A DNA stretch of 64,000 bases from Myxococcota bacterium. Lineage in GTDB: Bacteria > Myxococcota_A > UBA796 > CAJQPC01. The translations under genes and the position numbers were made by a program. Location: the NCBI GenBank assembly GCA_036012755.1, contig DASCPX010000071.1:64001-128000 (forward strand). Direction: 5' to 3'. How positions within the stretch are numbered: position 1 is the stretch's first letter; each line of letters begins with the position of its first letter. Below, in pieces: positions 22,656-33,014 of the stretch. Below the pieces are notes generated by a model, which made no database searches, was not told where the DNA came from, and was given only the letters and a program-made list of their open reading frames with translations.

Positions 22656-24032
22656 TTAGTCGAGGCCCTTCGTGATGTGGAACTCGACGCGGCGGTTGTT
22701 CGCCTTGCCAGCGGCGGTGCGATTCGTGTCGATCGGGCGGGTCTCCCCGTAGCCGACGGTCTCCAGGCGCGGGGCCTCGACGCCATTGGCGATGAGGTAC
22801 TCGAAGACCGAGTCCGCGCGCTCCTTGCTGAGGCTCAGGTTGCTGGCGTCGGAGCCGTCGCTGTCGGTGTGCCCCTCGATGCGCACGGCGAGCTGTGGGT
22901 AGTCGGTCATCACCTGGATCACCGAGTCGAGGATCTTGTAGCTCTCCGGCTTGATGACCGCCCTGCCCGTCTCGAACTGGATCTTCTCCTCGATGACGAT
23001 CTGGCGGTTGGCGATCTTGACGAGCTGGGGTTTGGTGTCCGGGCAGCCGTCCTGGTCCATGTACTCGTTGAAGGTCTCGGCCTGGGTCGGGCAGCGATCC
23101 GCCGGATCGGCGACGCCGTCACCGTCGCTGTCGGGGCAACCGGTGGGCGGCGGGCCCTTGATCTGCGGACACTGGTCCTGCATGTCGAAGACGTTGTCGC
23201 CGTCCGCGTCCGGGCAGCCGCTGGGAGCCGGCCCCGCCATGCCCGGACACTGGTCCGACTCGTCGGGGATGCTGTCCTTGTCGAAGTCCATCAGCGGGCA
23301 TCCGTCCGGCGGCACTCCAGCCTGACCCGGGCAGGCGTCCATGTCGTCCGGGAAGCCATCCCCGTCCGCGTCCCCCGGAGGGCAGCCGTCCAGCTTGCCA
23401 GGCGTGTCGGGACAGTCGTCCATCACGTCGGTGTAGCCATCGCCGTCGTTGTCGGTGTCGGGGCAGCCGTCGCCATCCTCGAAGCCATCCCGGTCCTCGG
23501 CCTGCATCGGACAGCCATCGAGGGTGTCGGCCACACCGTCGCGGTCGTTGTCCAGGTCCGGACAGCCGTCGCCGTCCTTGAAGCCGTCGAGGTCCTCTGG
23601 CTGGTTCACGCACTCGTCGCGGTCGTCGAAGACCCCGTCACCGTCGGTGTCGTAGACGATGTCGGGGCAACCGTCCTCGTCCTTGTCGCCGTCGAAGTCC
23701 TCTGGCTCGTCCGGGCAGAGATCGAGCTCATCGACGATGCCGTCCTCATCCCGATCCTGCGGGATGCAGCTCGGCGCGGTCTCCAGCGCCACGCGGCCGT
23801 GCTCCATCGCCAGATCGAGGTGCTCGCGCGCGCGGCGGGGATCGCCCTGCTCGAACTCGAGGCGCGTGAACTCGAGGTTGGCCTCGAACATCGCGAAGTC
23901 CTCTGGGGTGCACTCGCGGGCGTTGAGGTTGTTCGCGGCCGAGTACACGCGCTCGGCCTCTGCGAAGTCTCGCTGGAGCGTGTCGACGTTGACACACGCG
24001 AGCTGGCTCACCAGCGTCAGGACGAGGATCAC
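22656..24032 (-). CDS. OmpA-family lipoprotein with a DUF4398-like N-terminus and TSP type-3 repeats
   Basis: DxDxDGxxDxxDxCP repeats; IEGHTDSDG, LSKERA, NRRVEF. Confidence 0.93.
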   Translation of the reverse strand: MILVLTLVSQLACVNVDTLQRDFAEAERVYSAANNLNARECTPEDFAMFEANLEFTRLEFEQGDPRRAREHLDLAMEHGRVALETAPSCIPQDRDEDGIVDELDLCPDEPEDFDGDKDEDGCPDIVYDTDGDGVFDDRDECVNQPEDLDGFKDGDGCPDLDNDRDGVADTLDGCPMQAEDRDGFEDGDGCPDTDNDGDGYTDVMDDCPDTPGKLDGCPPGDADGDGFPDDMDACPGQAGVPPDGCPLMDFDKDSIPDESDQCPGMAGPAPSGCPDADGDNVFDMQDQCPQIKGPPPTGCPDSDGDGVADPADRCPTQAETFNEYMDQDGCPDTKPQLVKIANRQIVIEEKIQFETGRAVIKPESYKILDSVIQVMTDYPQLAVRIEGHTDSDGSDASNLSLSKERADSVFEYLIANGVEAPRLETVGYGETRPIDTNRTAAGKANNRRVEFHITKGLD

Positions 24033-24033
24033 G

Positions 24034-24426
24034 TCAGAGCTCGTCCAAGTCGATGTCGTCGAGCTCGATCCACTCTTCCTCTTCCTCCTCGAGGTACATC
24101 TCGGGGATCACGTCGACGTCCTCGTCGAGGTTCTCCAGCACCTCGTGGCGTTGCTCCGCGTCCTCGTCGTGGGAGCCGTAGAGCGCCATCTCCTCGGCTT
24201 GCTGCGCGTAGAGTCGCGCCTGGAGCGCCAGGTCCTGGGCAGCGCCGTAGTCGGACCCACCCCATTCCTCGTGCGCCTTGAGGCGGTACTGCTGGGCGAT
24301 GGTGTACTCGTAGGGAGCGCGTGCCTCTGCGCTGGCGGCCTCCGCATCGACCCAGGACTCCTCGAGCTGGGCGAGGTGGACGGTCGCCTTGATGGCGGCA
24401 CAACCGAGACAGAGCAGCAGGATCAT
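24034..24426 (-). CDS. DUF4398-like lipoprotein with an acidic tail
   Basis: MILLLCLGC; AEARAPYEYTIAQQYRLKAHEEWGGSDY; lies directly upstream of the OmpA gene. Confidence 0.75.
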   Translation of the reverse strand: MILLLCLGCAAIKATVHLAQLEESWVDAEAASAEARAPYEYTIAQQYRLKAHEEWGGSDYGAAQDLALQARLYAQQAEEMALYGSHDEDAEQRHEVLENLDEDVDVIPEMYLEEEEEEWIELDDIDLDEL

Positions 24427-24451
24427 CAGCCGGCCGAGCCTAACACCCCCG

Positions 24452-26704
24452 TCACTCGGCCCCCGGGTGTGAGGCCCCGCCAGGCATCTCCTTGTGTTCG
24501 TGCTGGCCGTGTTGGGGCTGGTCGTGTTGCTCCTGGTCGTGCTGCTGCTCGCGGTGTTCGTACTCGACGTGCTCGCCGCCCTCACCCAAGCCGGTCCGTT
24601 CACTCGGGAGCATCTCTTCCGCGGTGGGGCCGTCCCACGCCTCGTGGATGAACTCCAGGTCGAAGACCGCCATGAAGAAGCGGTCCGGCATCTGCCGGTC
24701 GGGCATCTCCACCTCGTAGCTCGACCACGGCACGCGCACTGGCCGCCCTCCCCCGGCCTTGTCGTAGGGGTTGCCGGGGTAGTCGAGGAACTGCAGCTCG
24801 ATGACCTCCACAGGAAGGACCCCCAGGGCGAGAGACATCCGTCGCAGCGCGTCGTTGTAGAGCAGAGCTCCCCGCTGGGCGTTCACCAGGTAGAAGCCGC
24901 GCTCGTGGAGCACGAGGTGGCGGTAGTTGCCGGCGACGACCAGGCGGCCGAAGTCCCCGAGATCGATGGCCTCGATCGGAGCCTCCTCGGGGTCACGGGA
25001 CAGCTCCATCAGCAGCTGCTCGGTGCTCTCCGTCTCGACGTCGCGGCGCGCGAGGTAGCGGAGCTGTCGTCCGGGGGCCCCACCGCCCTCGTCGCGCATG
25101 ACCGGCGGAACGGCGGGACGAGACGCCCAGGACCGGAAGACCTTGCGTCCGTGGATCAGCTGGTAGTAGTTCAGTAGATCCTGTTGTTGCTCCAGCGGGA
25201 GCTCGATGATGCCCGCCAGCTCCCCGGAGGGCAGCTCCCGGTAGAAGTCCGGGACCTGGATCGCCGACACCGGGATGGCAGGGAGGAAGCGGGTCGGCGC
25301 CATGTCGGTCTCTGCGATCTCGGCGACGTGCCAGCGGAAGTTGGCTTGGAAGAGGGTCGCCGCGATCGCGAAGACCGCGATGAACCCCCGAACTCTCGGG
25401 TTCGAGATGCGCGAGAGCCCCATGGCTACCAGCGCCACAGAGGCGACGACCACCATCGAGCCCATCCGGTAGGGCGCGAACATGCGGCTCATGCCGGGCA
25501 CCCACTTGAACATGAGCGTGTACGGCATGCGCATCACGTAGAAGCCCTCCCCGAGGGAGATCAGGGAGACCTCGCCCCAGCCCTCGCCCCAGCCCGCCCA
25601 CTTCATGAATGGGCCCAGGGTGCCGAGCCAGAAGACCGTGAAGACCAGGAGCCAGAAACGGCTCCGCGGGAAGATGCCCGGCTTGAGCAACAGCGCCGGG
25701 ATCACGCCCCCCAGGAACACGACCATTGGCAGCCCGCGCTTGTGGCCGGGGTTGAAGAGGTAGTCCACCGACCACGACGACGACAGCGTGCGGTTGAGCG
25801 AGGCGAGGACGTTGTCCTCGTAGGTGTCCGGTCGCAGCGGCACATCGCGGATGACGTCGTACTCGGGGAAGGTCAGGAAGAAGGACAGCTCTGGCAGGCG
25901 CTGCTGTCCGCCGGCGCTGCCCCCCGAGGGCTCACCGATGACGTAGGGGGCTACGAAGAAGCCCCCGACGATGACCACGGCGATGAGCATCGGCCCGGCC
26001 CAGCGCAGCAGGCGCCGCAGGTTCAAGCGACGGCGCTCTCGCCAGAGCATGTCGAGGCTCCAGAGGACGAGGAACATGCCCGCGAAGAGCCCATAGAACC
26101 AGTAGAACGCACCGACCAAACCCAAGAGGACGCCCGCGGCGAGTCCGGCCAGGGGCCGCTCGCGGCGCTCGGCCCGCTGCAGGAGCAGAGGGAACAACAG
26201 GAGGAACCAGAGGATGACCTGGCGAAGACCGGAGCCGTAGAGATCGTGCAGGTTCAGCGGGTTCACGACCGCCACGAGCCCCGCCGCCAGGGCGACCAGC
26301 CGGTAGCGGGTGAAGCTCCGGGCGAAGAGGTACCCGAAGACGCCGTCACCGACGAGGATGATGAAGACCTTGATGTTGTAGTGGGCGGGGATCGGGAAGA
26401 GCTTGGACAGGGGCCAGCTGATCCACAGGACGTCCAGGATGTTCCCCGTCTCGGGGTGCCGGCCGAGGGAGAGGTAGGTGTAGACCGTGTCCCGAAGCCC
26501 GAAGTCACCCTCGACGAGGGCGTCGACCTCTGTGAAGTGCCACCAGTAGCGCCAGAGCCAGCCGCCGAGCTCGCCGCCGCCGATGATGATCTCGTCTGGA
26601 TGGAAGATCGCCGGCCACGTCATCATGCCAGCGGCGGCCAGGTACACCAGCGCCACGAGCGCGAGCTCGCCCGCGGTGAGCGCTACCTTCTTGGGATCGA
26701 TCAC
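24452..26704 (-). CDS. Large polytopic membrane protein, GT-C glycosyltransferase-like, with a His/Gln-rich tail
   Basis: About 12 TM segments; LGP...MP...F...P...R motif; periplasmic IIELP...Q..HG; GTG overlaps the upstream stop. Confidence 0.65.
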   Translation of the reverse strand: MIDPKKVALTAGELALVALVYLAAAGMMTWPAIFHPDEIIIGGGELGGWLWRYWWHFTEVDALVEGDFGLRDTVYTYLSLGRHPETGNILDVLWISWPLSKLFPIPAHYNIKVFIILVGDGVFGYLFARSFTRYRLVALAAGLVAVVNPLNLHDLYGSGLRQVILWFLLLFPLLLQRAERRERPLAGLAAGVLLGLVGAFYWFYGLFAGMFLVLWSLDMLWRERRRLNLRRLLRWAGPMLIAVVIVGGFFVAPYVIGEPSGGSAGGQQRLPELSFFLTFPEYDVIRDVPLRPDTYEDNVLASLNRTLSSSWSVDYLFNPGHKRGLPMVVFLGGVIPALLLKPGIFPRSRFWLLVFTVFWLGTLGPFMKWAGWGEGWGEVSLISLGEGFYVMRMPYTLMFKWVPGMSRMFAPYRMGSMVVVASVALVAMGLSRISNPRVRGFIAVFAIAATLFQANFRWHVAEIAETDMAPTRFLPAIPVSAIQVPDFYRELPSGELAGIIELPLEQQQDLLNYYQLIHGRKVFRSWASRPAVPPVMRDEGGGAPGRQLRYLARRDVETESTEQLLMELSRDPEEAPIEAIDLGDFGRLVVAGNYRHLVLHERGFYLVNAQRGALLYNDALRRMSLALGVLPVEVIELQFLDYPGNPYDKAGGGRPVRVPWSSYEVEMPDRQMPDRFFMAVFDLEFIHEAWDGPTAEEMLPSERTGLGEGGEHVEYEHREQQHDQEQHDQPQHGQHEHKEMPGGASHPGAE

Positions 26705-28419
26705 AGGCGGTACACCGCGACGTCCTCTTGCCGGCTCGGAGCACCGAAGAGGCCATCGAGGATGGCGCGAACGTGCCGGCGCTTGTGCTTGGGGTAGAGG
26801 CGCTCGTGGACGACGATGTAGCGGTAGCCCTGGGCCTCCAGCATGTGGGCCCCGGCGACCATCTCGAGCTCCGGCAGGAGCCTCGGCAGCGAGCCCGCGC
26901 GCGAGGCCTCGACCTGCACGAGGATCTGGGTGAGCGGGTTCTCGTCGATGGCCTGCGGGATGGGGTCGTTCAGCCCATAGGGCGAGGGCAGGCCGTGGGC
27001 GGTCTGGTACCAGGTGTAGACCGCGCGCTCGAGGTTCGGCACCGTGATCGGGAGGTCGAGCACGGCGCCATCGCGGAGCTCGGCGTAGACGTCGGGGATC
27101 TGGGCGTCGCAGCGGGGTAGCGGCCACGGGGCGGGGCTCGCCAGCAGGATCTCACCGAGGACCAGCGCACCGGCCAGGCCAGCGGTGGCGGGCCGCGCCA
27201 CGGGCAGCCGGCGCATCAAGGCGCGGGTCCCGTAGCCTGCGAGCATCGCGAGCCCGATGGTCGCCGGCACGACGAAGCGGAAGGGGTGGGAGATGCGCTC
27301 GAACAGCGGGAAGGCCCGGAAGAAGATCAGGAAGGGCAGCGGGATGCGCTCGCCCCGCCAGACCACGTATTCCCCTCCGACGTTGAGGTAGGGCCCCAGC
27401 GCGAAGACAGCGAAGAGGACCGTGAACGCCACCCACAGGGACAGGTCCCGCCGCGGTCGGTGGCGCCAGAGGGCGTAGGCCGCGAGCGCAATCGCCACCC
27501 AGCCCAGGTAGATCACGATGAGGAGGTCCTCGCCGTAGAGGGCCTTGAGGTCGGGGGAATAGTGCTGCCCGGGACGGAAGAAGCTGACGAAGTCCGAGAT
27601 GTTGTGGTTGATCAGCGACTCCCACACGAAGGTGGGGTCGCGACTGACCATGGCGTCCTCTGCGTCGATCGAGCTCTGCAGGGTCTGCAGCACCGGGAGC
27701 ACGAGCACGGAGTAGAGGATCGCACCGGCCACCGTGAAGGCCACGAAGCGCCACCAGATCACACGCTTGGGCTCGGAGATCGCGCGGTGCAGCACGACGA
27801 CGACCATGCAGAGCAGCGCGAAGAGCCCGTAGTAGAAGTTCGAGATCGAGCAGACGGCGAGACAGACCCCGAGCAGGGCACCGCGCTTCCACCCGGGACG
27901 GTCCATCAGGCGCAACAGGGCGTAGATGGCCAGCGGGATCCAGCCCGCGTTCACCGTCTCGGTGATGCCGTTGTAGGTCTGGCCGAGGAGGTGGGCGGAG
28001 GACGCGAAGACGACCGCCGGGACCCAGGCCGCCCAGCGATCACGCAGGAGATACCTGGCCAGTATCCAGGTGCCGAAGGCGTTCCAGAAGAAGCCGAACA
28101 ACACGACCAGGTTGTAGGCGAGCGGCACGCCTCCGAGCAGCGCAAAGGGCAGGGACCACAGGGCGTTGAAGGTGTCGATGAAGAAGAGACTGCCCCCGTC
28201 GGGGTAGTTCAGGAGCCTCGTGTGGACCGGGAGGCTCCCCTCCTGCACGATGCTGTCGAGGATCCACCAGTAGCCCCAGGCGTGGTTCCAGGTGTCGTTC
28301 CCCGGGTGGCCGACCATCGAACCCCCGAGGTCGAGCACCACGGGCCATGTCAGGAGCACCGCGAGGCCGAAGGCGACGCCCAGTGCGATCAAGATCTCGC
28401 GGCGTTGTCCGGCGGTCAT
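26701..28419 (-). CDS. Polytopic membrane protein, GT-C glycosyltransferase-like
   Basis: DTWNHAWGYWW, LNYPDG, AYN, YYG, YLGW, FALGP, HPFRF, AVLDLP...QTAHG. Confidence 0.68.
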   Translation of the reverse strand: MTAGQRREILIALGVAFGLAVLLTWPVVLDLGGSMVGHPGNDTWNHAWGYWWILDSIVQEGSLPVHTRLLNYPDGGSLFFIDTFNALWSLPFALLGGVPLAYNLVVLFGFFWNAFGTWILARYLLRDRWAAWVPAVVFASSAHLLGQTYNGITETVNAGWIPLAIYALLRLMDRPGWKRGALLGVCLAVCSISNFYYGLFALLCMVVVVLHRAISEPKRVIWWRFVAFTVAGAILYSVLVLPVLQTLQSSIDAEDAMVSRDPTFVWESLINHNISDFVSFFRPGQHYSPDLKALYGEDLLIVIYLGWVAIALAAYALWRHRPRRDLSLWVAFTVLFAVFALGPYLNVGGEYVVWRGERIPLPFLIFFRAFPLFERISHPFRFVVPATIGLAMLAGYGTRALMRRLPVARPATAGLAGALVLGEILLASPAPWPLPRCDAQIPDVYAELRDGAVLDLPITVPNLERAVYTWYQTAHGLPSPYGLNDPIPQAIDENPLTQILVQVEASRAGSLPRLLPELEMVAGAHMLEAQGYRYIVVHERLYPKHKRRHVRAILDGLFGAPSRQEDVAVYRL

Positions 28420-28479
28420 CGAAGCGGGAGTCTACTCCGAGACGCCGCGTGGACCGACCGTGGCGCGGTATGAGGACCC

Positions 28480-29372
28480 ATGGGTGCCTCGGTCACCGGC
28501 CTCGTCTTCGACGTCCAGCGCTTCAGCGTGCACGACGGACCAGGGATTCGAACCACCGTGTTCTTCAAGGGCTGCCCTCTGCGCTGCGCGTGGTGCCAGA
28601 ACCCCGAGTCACTGCGCCCGAGGCCGGAGATCGCTGTCGACGAGCGGCTCTGTCGAGGGGCTGTGGAGTGCGCCTCGAGCTGTCCCTCGCAGGCACTCGA
28701 AGGGGGAGGACGCGACCTCGACCGCTCCCGCTGCGACGGCTGCGGGGACTGCGTGAGGGCATGCCCCCACGGCGCCCTCCGCCTCATGGGCAGAGTTGTC
28801 ACTGTCGCAGAGCTGCTCGAGGAGGTCGCGCGGGACCGACCCTTCTACGAGAGCTCCGGCGGCGGGATCACCCTCTCCGGGGGGGAACCCACGGCGCAAC
28901 CGGAGTTCGTCTCGGCCTTCGTCGAGGCCTGCCACGGCTCGGGGCTCGAGGTCGGGCTGCAGACCTGCGGCGCCTTCAGCTGGGATGCCTTGGCCCCCAC
29001 CCTGGACCGCTTCGCCTTCATCCACTTCGACCTGAAGGTGATCGACGACGGGGCGCACCGGCGCCTGACCAGCGCCAGCAACCGCGTGATCCTGGACAAC
29101 GCCAGGCGACTGGCCGCGGCGGAGGTGTCCCTGCACTTCCGCAGCCCGATGGTCCCCGGGCTCACCGACACCCCCGAGAACCTGGACGCGCTGGCGGGCT
29201 TCCTCGCCGAGGTCGGCGCGAGGCACATCCACCTCCTCGCTTACCATGACATGGGCGAAACTAAGCTCCCCCGCCTGGCTTTCCCGATCCCCCCCTGTCC
29301 CCTCGTCCCCCGGCGAACCTCCAGCAGGCGGCGGCTCGGCTGCGCGGGCGGGGAATCGAGGTGAGCACATGA
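28480..29372 (+). CDS. Glycyl-radical enzyme activating enzyme (radical SAM with ferredoxin insert), apparent frameshift near the 3' end
   Basis: [49 protein letters not shown]. The frame as read ends at 29364. One more C in the run at 29289-29295 would give ...[19 protein letters not shown] ending 29372, overlapping the next ATG. Confidence 0.88.
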
Positions 29373-29716
29373 GGGCAGAGGACCTGTCTCCCACCGAGCG
29401 CGTCCTCGCTCTGCACCGGCAGGTCCTGGAGACCTCCCACGCCCTCTGCGCCGAGCGGGCACTGCTGGTCACGCGCTACCACCGCCAGCGAGACAACCGA
29501 CGCCAGCCGGCCGTGCTCCGGAGCGCAGGCGCGCTGGCCTATGTGCTGCGGGGAAAGGCAGTCCGCATCTACCCGCAGGAGCTCCTGGTCGGCAACTTCA
29601 CCTCCCACCGGGTCGGCGGAGGCCTCTTCTCCGAGCTGCACGGGGTCGCGGTGCTCGAGGACCGACAGCGGCGCTGCTGTCGGCGGCGAGCCCTGAGACG
29701 ATGTCCGTCTTCCTGA
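29369..29716 (+). pseudogene. Truncated glycyl-radical enzyme (PFL2/diol-dehydratase-like), N-terminal ~100 aa only
   Basis: [10 protein letters not shown]...[11 protein letters not shown]...[11 protein letters not shown] typical of a GRE N-terminus. Similarity stops near 29665; the catalytic Cys loop and RVxGY glycyl motif are absent. Confidence 0.8.
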
Positions 29717-30819
29717 CCGGCGCCACCGGCTACCTCGGCTCCTACCTGGCCACCGGACTGCTCCGGCGGCATCCAGAGCTCCGCCTGGAGCTGCTCGTCC
29801 GCGCGCAGGACCAGGGCGCCGGGAGGCAGCGCCTCTGGAAGGCCTGGCAGCTGCACATGCCCTTCGAGGAGTTCCGCGACGGCCTCGACAGGGTGAGCAT
29901 CCGCCTCGGTGATCTGACGAAGAGCGGGTTCGGGCTGGAGCCCGCCGGGCTGGAGTCCCTCGTCCACTCGATGGACTCGGTCATCCACTGCGCGGCCTCC
30001 CTCAATCGCAAGTCTGCGAAGGCCTGCTTCAACGTGAACCTGCGGGGCACGCTGGAGGTGATCAAGGCGGCGCGGGCCGCCCACGACCACCACGGATTGA
30101 GGCGTTTCAGCGATGTCTCGACGGTCGCGGTGGCCGGCAAGCGCAAGAGCGAGGGCGTCACGGAAGCCGACACCATCCAGTGGGACAGGAGCGACTACGA
30201 CCCCTACGCGCGCACCAAGAAGTTCTGCGAGCACATGCTGCACGAGCTCCTGCCCGACGTGAGCTCCACCGTCTTTCGGCCGGCGACGGTGCTGGGAGAC
30301 AGTCGCTTTCCGGAGACCACCCAGTTCGACATGGTGAAGGCCTTCGTGTGGCTCGCCCGCTCGCCGGTGCTCCCCTTCGATCCGAGCTGGCGCATGGACA
30401 TCGTCCCGGCGGACTACGTCGCCAAGGCGATCACGACGATCCACATGATGGAGCGCCCAGGCCACGACGCCTACAACCTCTCTTCGGGGACGTCGTCCCC
30501 GACCTTCCAGCAGATCACCGACGCCTTGAAGGCCGCCGGCATGGGCCGCGGGCCCCGCTTCGCGCGAGGGCTCGAAGGTCCGGCGTCGCTGGCCATCCGT
30601 GGGGTGTCCCACACACCGCGCCACTGGGGGGCTGCGCGGGCGGCCTCTCTGCTGAAGGTGTTCCTGCCCTACCTGACCTTCGACACGGTGTTCGACAACC
30701 AGCGCATCGTGACAGAGCTGGGCGAGGCCCCGGCGCGCTTCGAGAGCTACGCTCACGGGCTGATGCGCTTCGCCATGGACACCGACTTCACCTACCCCTA
30801 CCGGCCATGGCCAGCGTGA
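29701..30819 (+). CDS. Extended SDR, thioester-reductase/male-sterility-like
   Basis: [12 protein letters not shown]...[31 protein letters not shown]. Confidence 0.88.
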   Translation: MSVFLTGATGYLGSYLATGLLRRHPELRLELLVRAQDQGAGRQRLWKAWQLHMPFEEFRDGLDRVSIRLGDLTKSGFGLEPAGLESLVHSMDSVIHCAASLNRKSAKACFNVNLRGTLEVIKAARAAHDHHGLRRFSDVSTVAVAGKRKSEGVTEADTIQWDRSDYDPYARTKKFCEHMLHELLPDVSSTVFRPATVLGDSRFPETTQFDMVKAFVWLARSPVLPFDPSWRMDIVPADYVAKAITTIHMMERPGHDAYNLSSGTSSPTFQQITDALKAAGMGRGPRFARGLEGPASLAIRGVSHTPRHWGAARAASLLKVFLPYLTFDTVFDNQRIVTELGEAPARFESYAHGLMRFAMDTDFTYPYRPWPA

Positions 30820-32150
30820 TGCTCCTCGCGCAGCTGCTGGGCTGTCCTGCTCCGGAGTTCGTCGAGCCCGACCCCTGCACCTTCGACGAGCCGGCGGGCA
30901 CCGGCATCTTCCGCGTCGAGGAGCTCTGCGAGCGCTGGTGGTTCGTGCCCCCGCAGGGCGGCCGCTTCTGGTCTGCTGGGGTCAACGCGGCCACCCCCAC
31001 CGGCTCCTGGAACCAGGAGACCGGAGAGTACGCCTACGCCGAGACCGTCGCCCGGGACTACGGCAGCGACGAGGCCTGGGGAGAGGCCACCGAGCCTCGG
31101 CTCGAGGGCTGGGGCTTCAACACCGCTGGCTCCTGGAGCCGGTCGGACCTGCTGGAGATGCCGGCGACCATCAACCTGGGCCTCAGCGGCGGCGACTGGG
31201 AGACCGGCGATGTGGCTGACTGGTTCTCACCGGAGTGGGAGGCCAGCGTCCAGGCCAAGGTCGACGCCCAGGTGGCGCCTCGGGTCGGCGACGAGATGGT
31301 CGTGGGGTGGTTCCTCGACAACGAGATCCGATGGGGGACGGACTGGCGCGGGACAGCGACGCTGCTGCAGGAGTACCTGGGCCTGGAGGCCGGGGCGCCT
31401 GGAAAGTCTGTCGCCGTCGAGTTGCTCCTGGACGAACTCGGCTCCGTCGAGGCCTGCAACACGGCCCTGGGCACCGACTTCGGCGACCGCGACGCCATGC
31501 TCGCCGAGACGACCTGGGATGCCCTGGACGGAGGGAGCTCGGATGCGGAGGCGGAGCTGACGACAGCCTTCCTCGAGCTCGCGGCGGAGCGCTACTTCTC
31601 CTTCACGACCGAGACCATCCGCCAGGCCGACCCCGACCACCTCGTGCTGGGAAACCGGGAGGTCTCGGTGATGGTTCGAGCCGAGGTCTGGGAGGCCGCG
31701 GCGCGCCACGTCGACGTGCTCTCCTCGAACAACTACGTCTTCGTCGACGGCATCGCAGAGGCCGCCCTGAACATCAGCGGCGGCCTGGACCCCGCGGGCT
31801 TCCTGGAGGCCCAGCACGAGCTCACCGGCAAGCCGATCCTCATCACCGAGTTCGGCTTCCGCGCAGCCGACGCCGGACTGCCCAACAGCTGGCCGCCGAT
31901 CTACCCGACCCTGGAGAGCCAGGCCGACCGCGCTGATGCCTTCGAGGACTACGTGCAAGAGGCCCAGGCCACCCCCTGGATCGTCGGAGCCCACTGGTTC
32001 GCCTGGGTCGACCAGCCCCCAGAGGGACGCTTCGATGGCGAAGACAACAACTGGGGCCTCGTGAGCGAGCAGGACCAGCCCTACGAGCTCCTGACCCAGC
32101 GCACCGCCCAGGTCCTTCCACAGGTGATGGAGCTGTGGCCACCCTGGTGA
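30819..32150 (+). CDS. Glycoside hydrolase lipoprotein, GH50/beta-agarase-like
   Basis: [70 protein letters not shown]. Confidence 0.75.
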   Translation: MLLAQLLGCPAPEFVEPDPCTFDEPAGTGIFRVEELCERWWFVPPQGGRFWSAGVNAATPTGSWNQETGEYAYAETVARDYGSDEAWGEATEPRLEGWGFNTAGSWSRSDLLEMPATINLGLSGGDWETGDVADWFSPEWEASVQAKVDAQVAPRVGDEMVVGWFLDNEIRWGTDWRGTATLLQEYLGLEAGAPGKSVAVELLLDELGSVEACNTALGTDFGDRDAMLAETTWDALDGGSSDAEAELTTAFLELAAERYFSFTTETIRQADPDHLVLGNREVSVMVRAEVWEAAARHVDVLSSNNYVFVDGIAEAALNISGGLDPAGFLEAQHELTGKPILITEFGFRAADAGLPNSWPPIYPTLESQADRADAFEDYVQEAQATPWIVGAHWFAWVDQPPEGRFDGEDNNWGLVSEQDQPYELLTQRTAQVLPQVMELWPPW

Positions 32151-32996
32151 TCAGGCGCGCTGAGCTCGCCCCAGCTCGACCACCCGCGCAACCACCTCGT
32201 CCAGGCTCCTGACGGAGGTGTCGACGCTGGCGTGGGCCTGGGCATAGAGCGCCCCGCGAGCCTCCAACAGCGCGCGCAGCTCCGCCATCGCGTCGCCCCG
32301 TCCGGCACTCGGCCGGCGGTCGCCCTGGGCCAGCACCCGAGCCATGTGGTCCTCTGCCGTGGCCTGGAGCCACACGCAGAAGCAGCCGGCGCGGGCAAGT
32401 CCCCAGGCCTCCTCGTCGGTGACGATGCCCCCCGGCAGCGCGATCACGCAGTCCGGACCTGAGAGCACCTCTCTCAGGCAGCGGGCCTCCAGCCGGCGGT
32501 AGTAGGGCTCGCCATGGAGGGCGAAGATCTCGCCGATGCCGAGTCCGGCCTCGCCCTCGATCAGCTCGTCGAGCTCGGCGAAGTCCATTCCGAGCGCCTT
32601 GGCGACAGGGGGACCCACGCTGCTCTTTCCAGCGCCGCGGACACCCAGGATGGCGATGCTGCGGGGAGCCTGGAGCCCCAGCACCGAGCGCAGCAGGCCC
32701 AGCGCCAGCTTGAGCTCGCCGTCGTCGAGCCCATCGAGCAGCCGCTCGAGCTGCCGGCGCGGACCAGGCGGATGGGGGGACTCCAAGAGGGTGGCCAGCG
32801 GCACCTCCAAGGCCCGCGCGACCTTCTCCAGGCGCCCGATCGCGATGTTGCCCTGGCCTGCCTCCACCTGCGCGATGAAGCGTGGGCTGAGCCCGGCCCG
32901 CTCGGCGAGGGCCCGCGCGCTCAGATCGAGCTCGGTCCGGCGCCGACGGATCCTGGCTCCGACTCCACTCAGGAACTGCCCCTGCGAAGGATCCAT
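32151..32996 (-). CDS. bzdR: BzdR/BoxR-type regulator (XRE HTH plus shikimate-kinase-like effector domain)
   Basis: LAERAGLSPRFIAQVEAGQGN HTH; GVRGAGKSSVG; EIFALHGEPYYRRLE; HMARVLAQGDRRP; divergent from the bcr genes. Confidence 0.9.
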   Translation of the reverse strand: MDPSQGQFLSGVGARIRRRRTELDLSARALAERAGLSPRFIAQVEAGQGNIAIGRLEKVARALEVPLATLLESPHPPGPRRQLERLLDGLDDGELKLALGLLRSVLGLQAPRSIAILGVRGAGKSSVGPPVAKALGMDFAELDELIEGEAGLGIGEIFALHGEPYYRRLEARCLREVLSGPDCVIALPGGIVTDEEAWGLARAGCFCVWLQATAEDHMARVLAQGDRRPSAGRGDAMAELRALLEARGALYAQAHASVDTSVRSLDEVVARVVELGRAQRA

Positions 32997-33014
32997 GTCT
33001 CGTCTTCCTCGGTG

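Noticed and set aside
22656..24426. DUF4398-like plus TSP3-OmpA gene pair as a novel system
   Set aside because: This is a familiar arrangement in myxobacteria and other Gram-negative bacteria.
32148..32153. Convergent stops forming TGATCA with zero gap (also at 59690-59695)
   Set aside because: Two abutting TGA stops automatically give this palindrome; no evidence of a recombination site.
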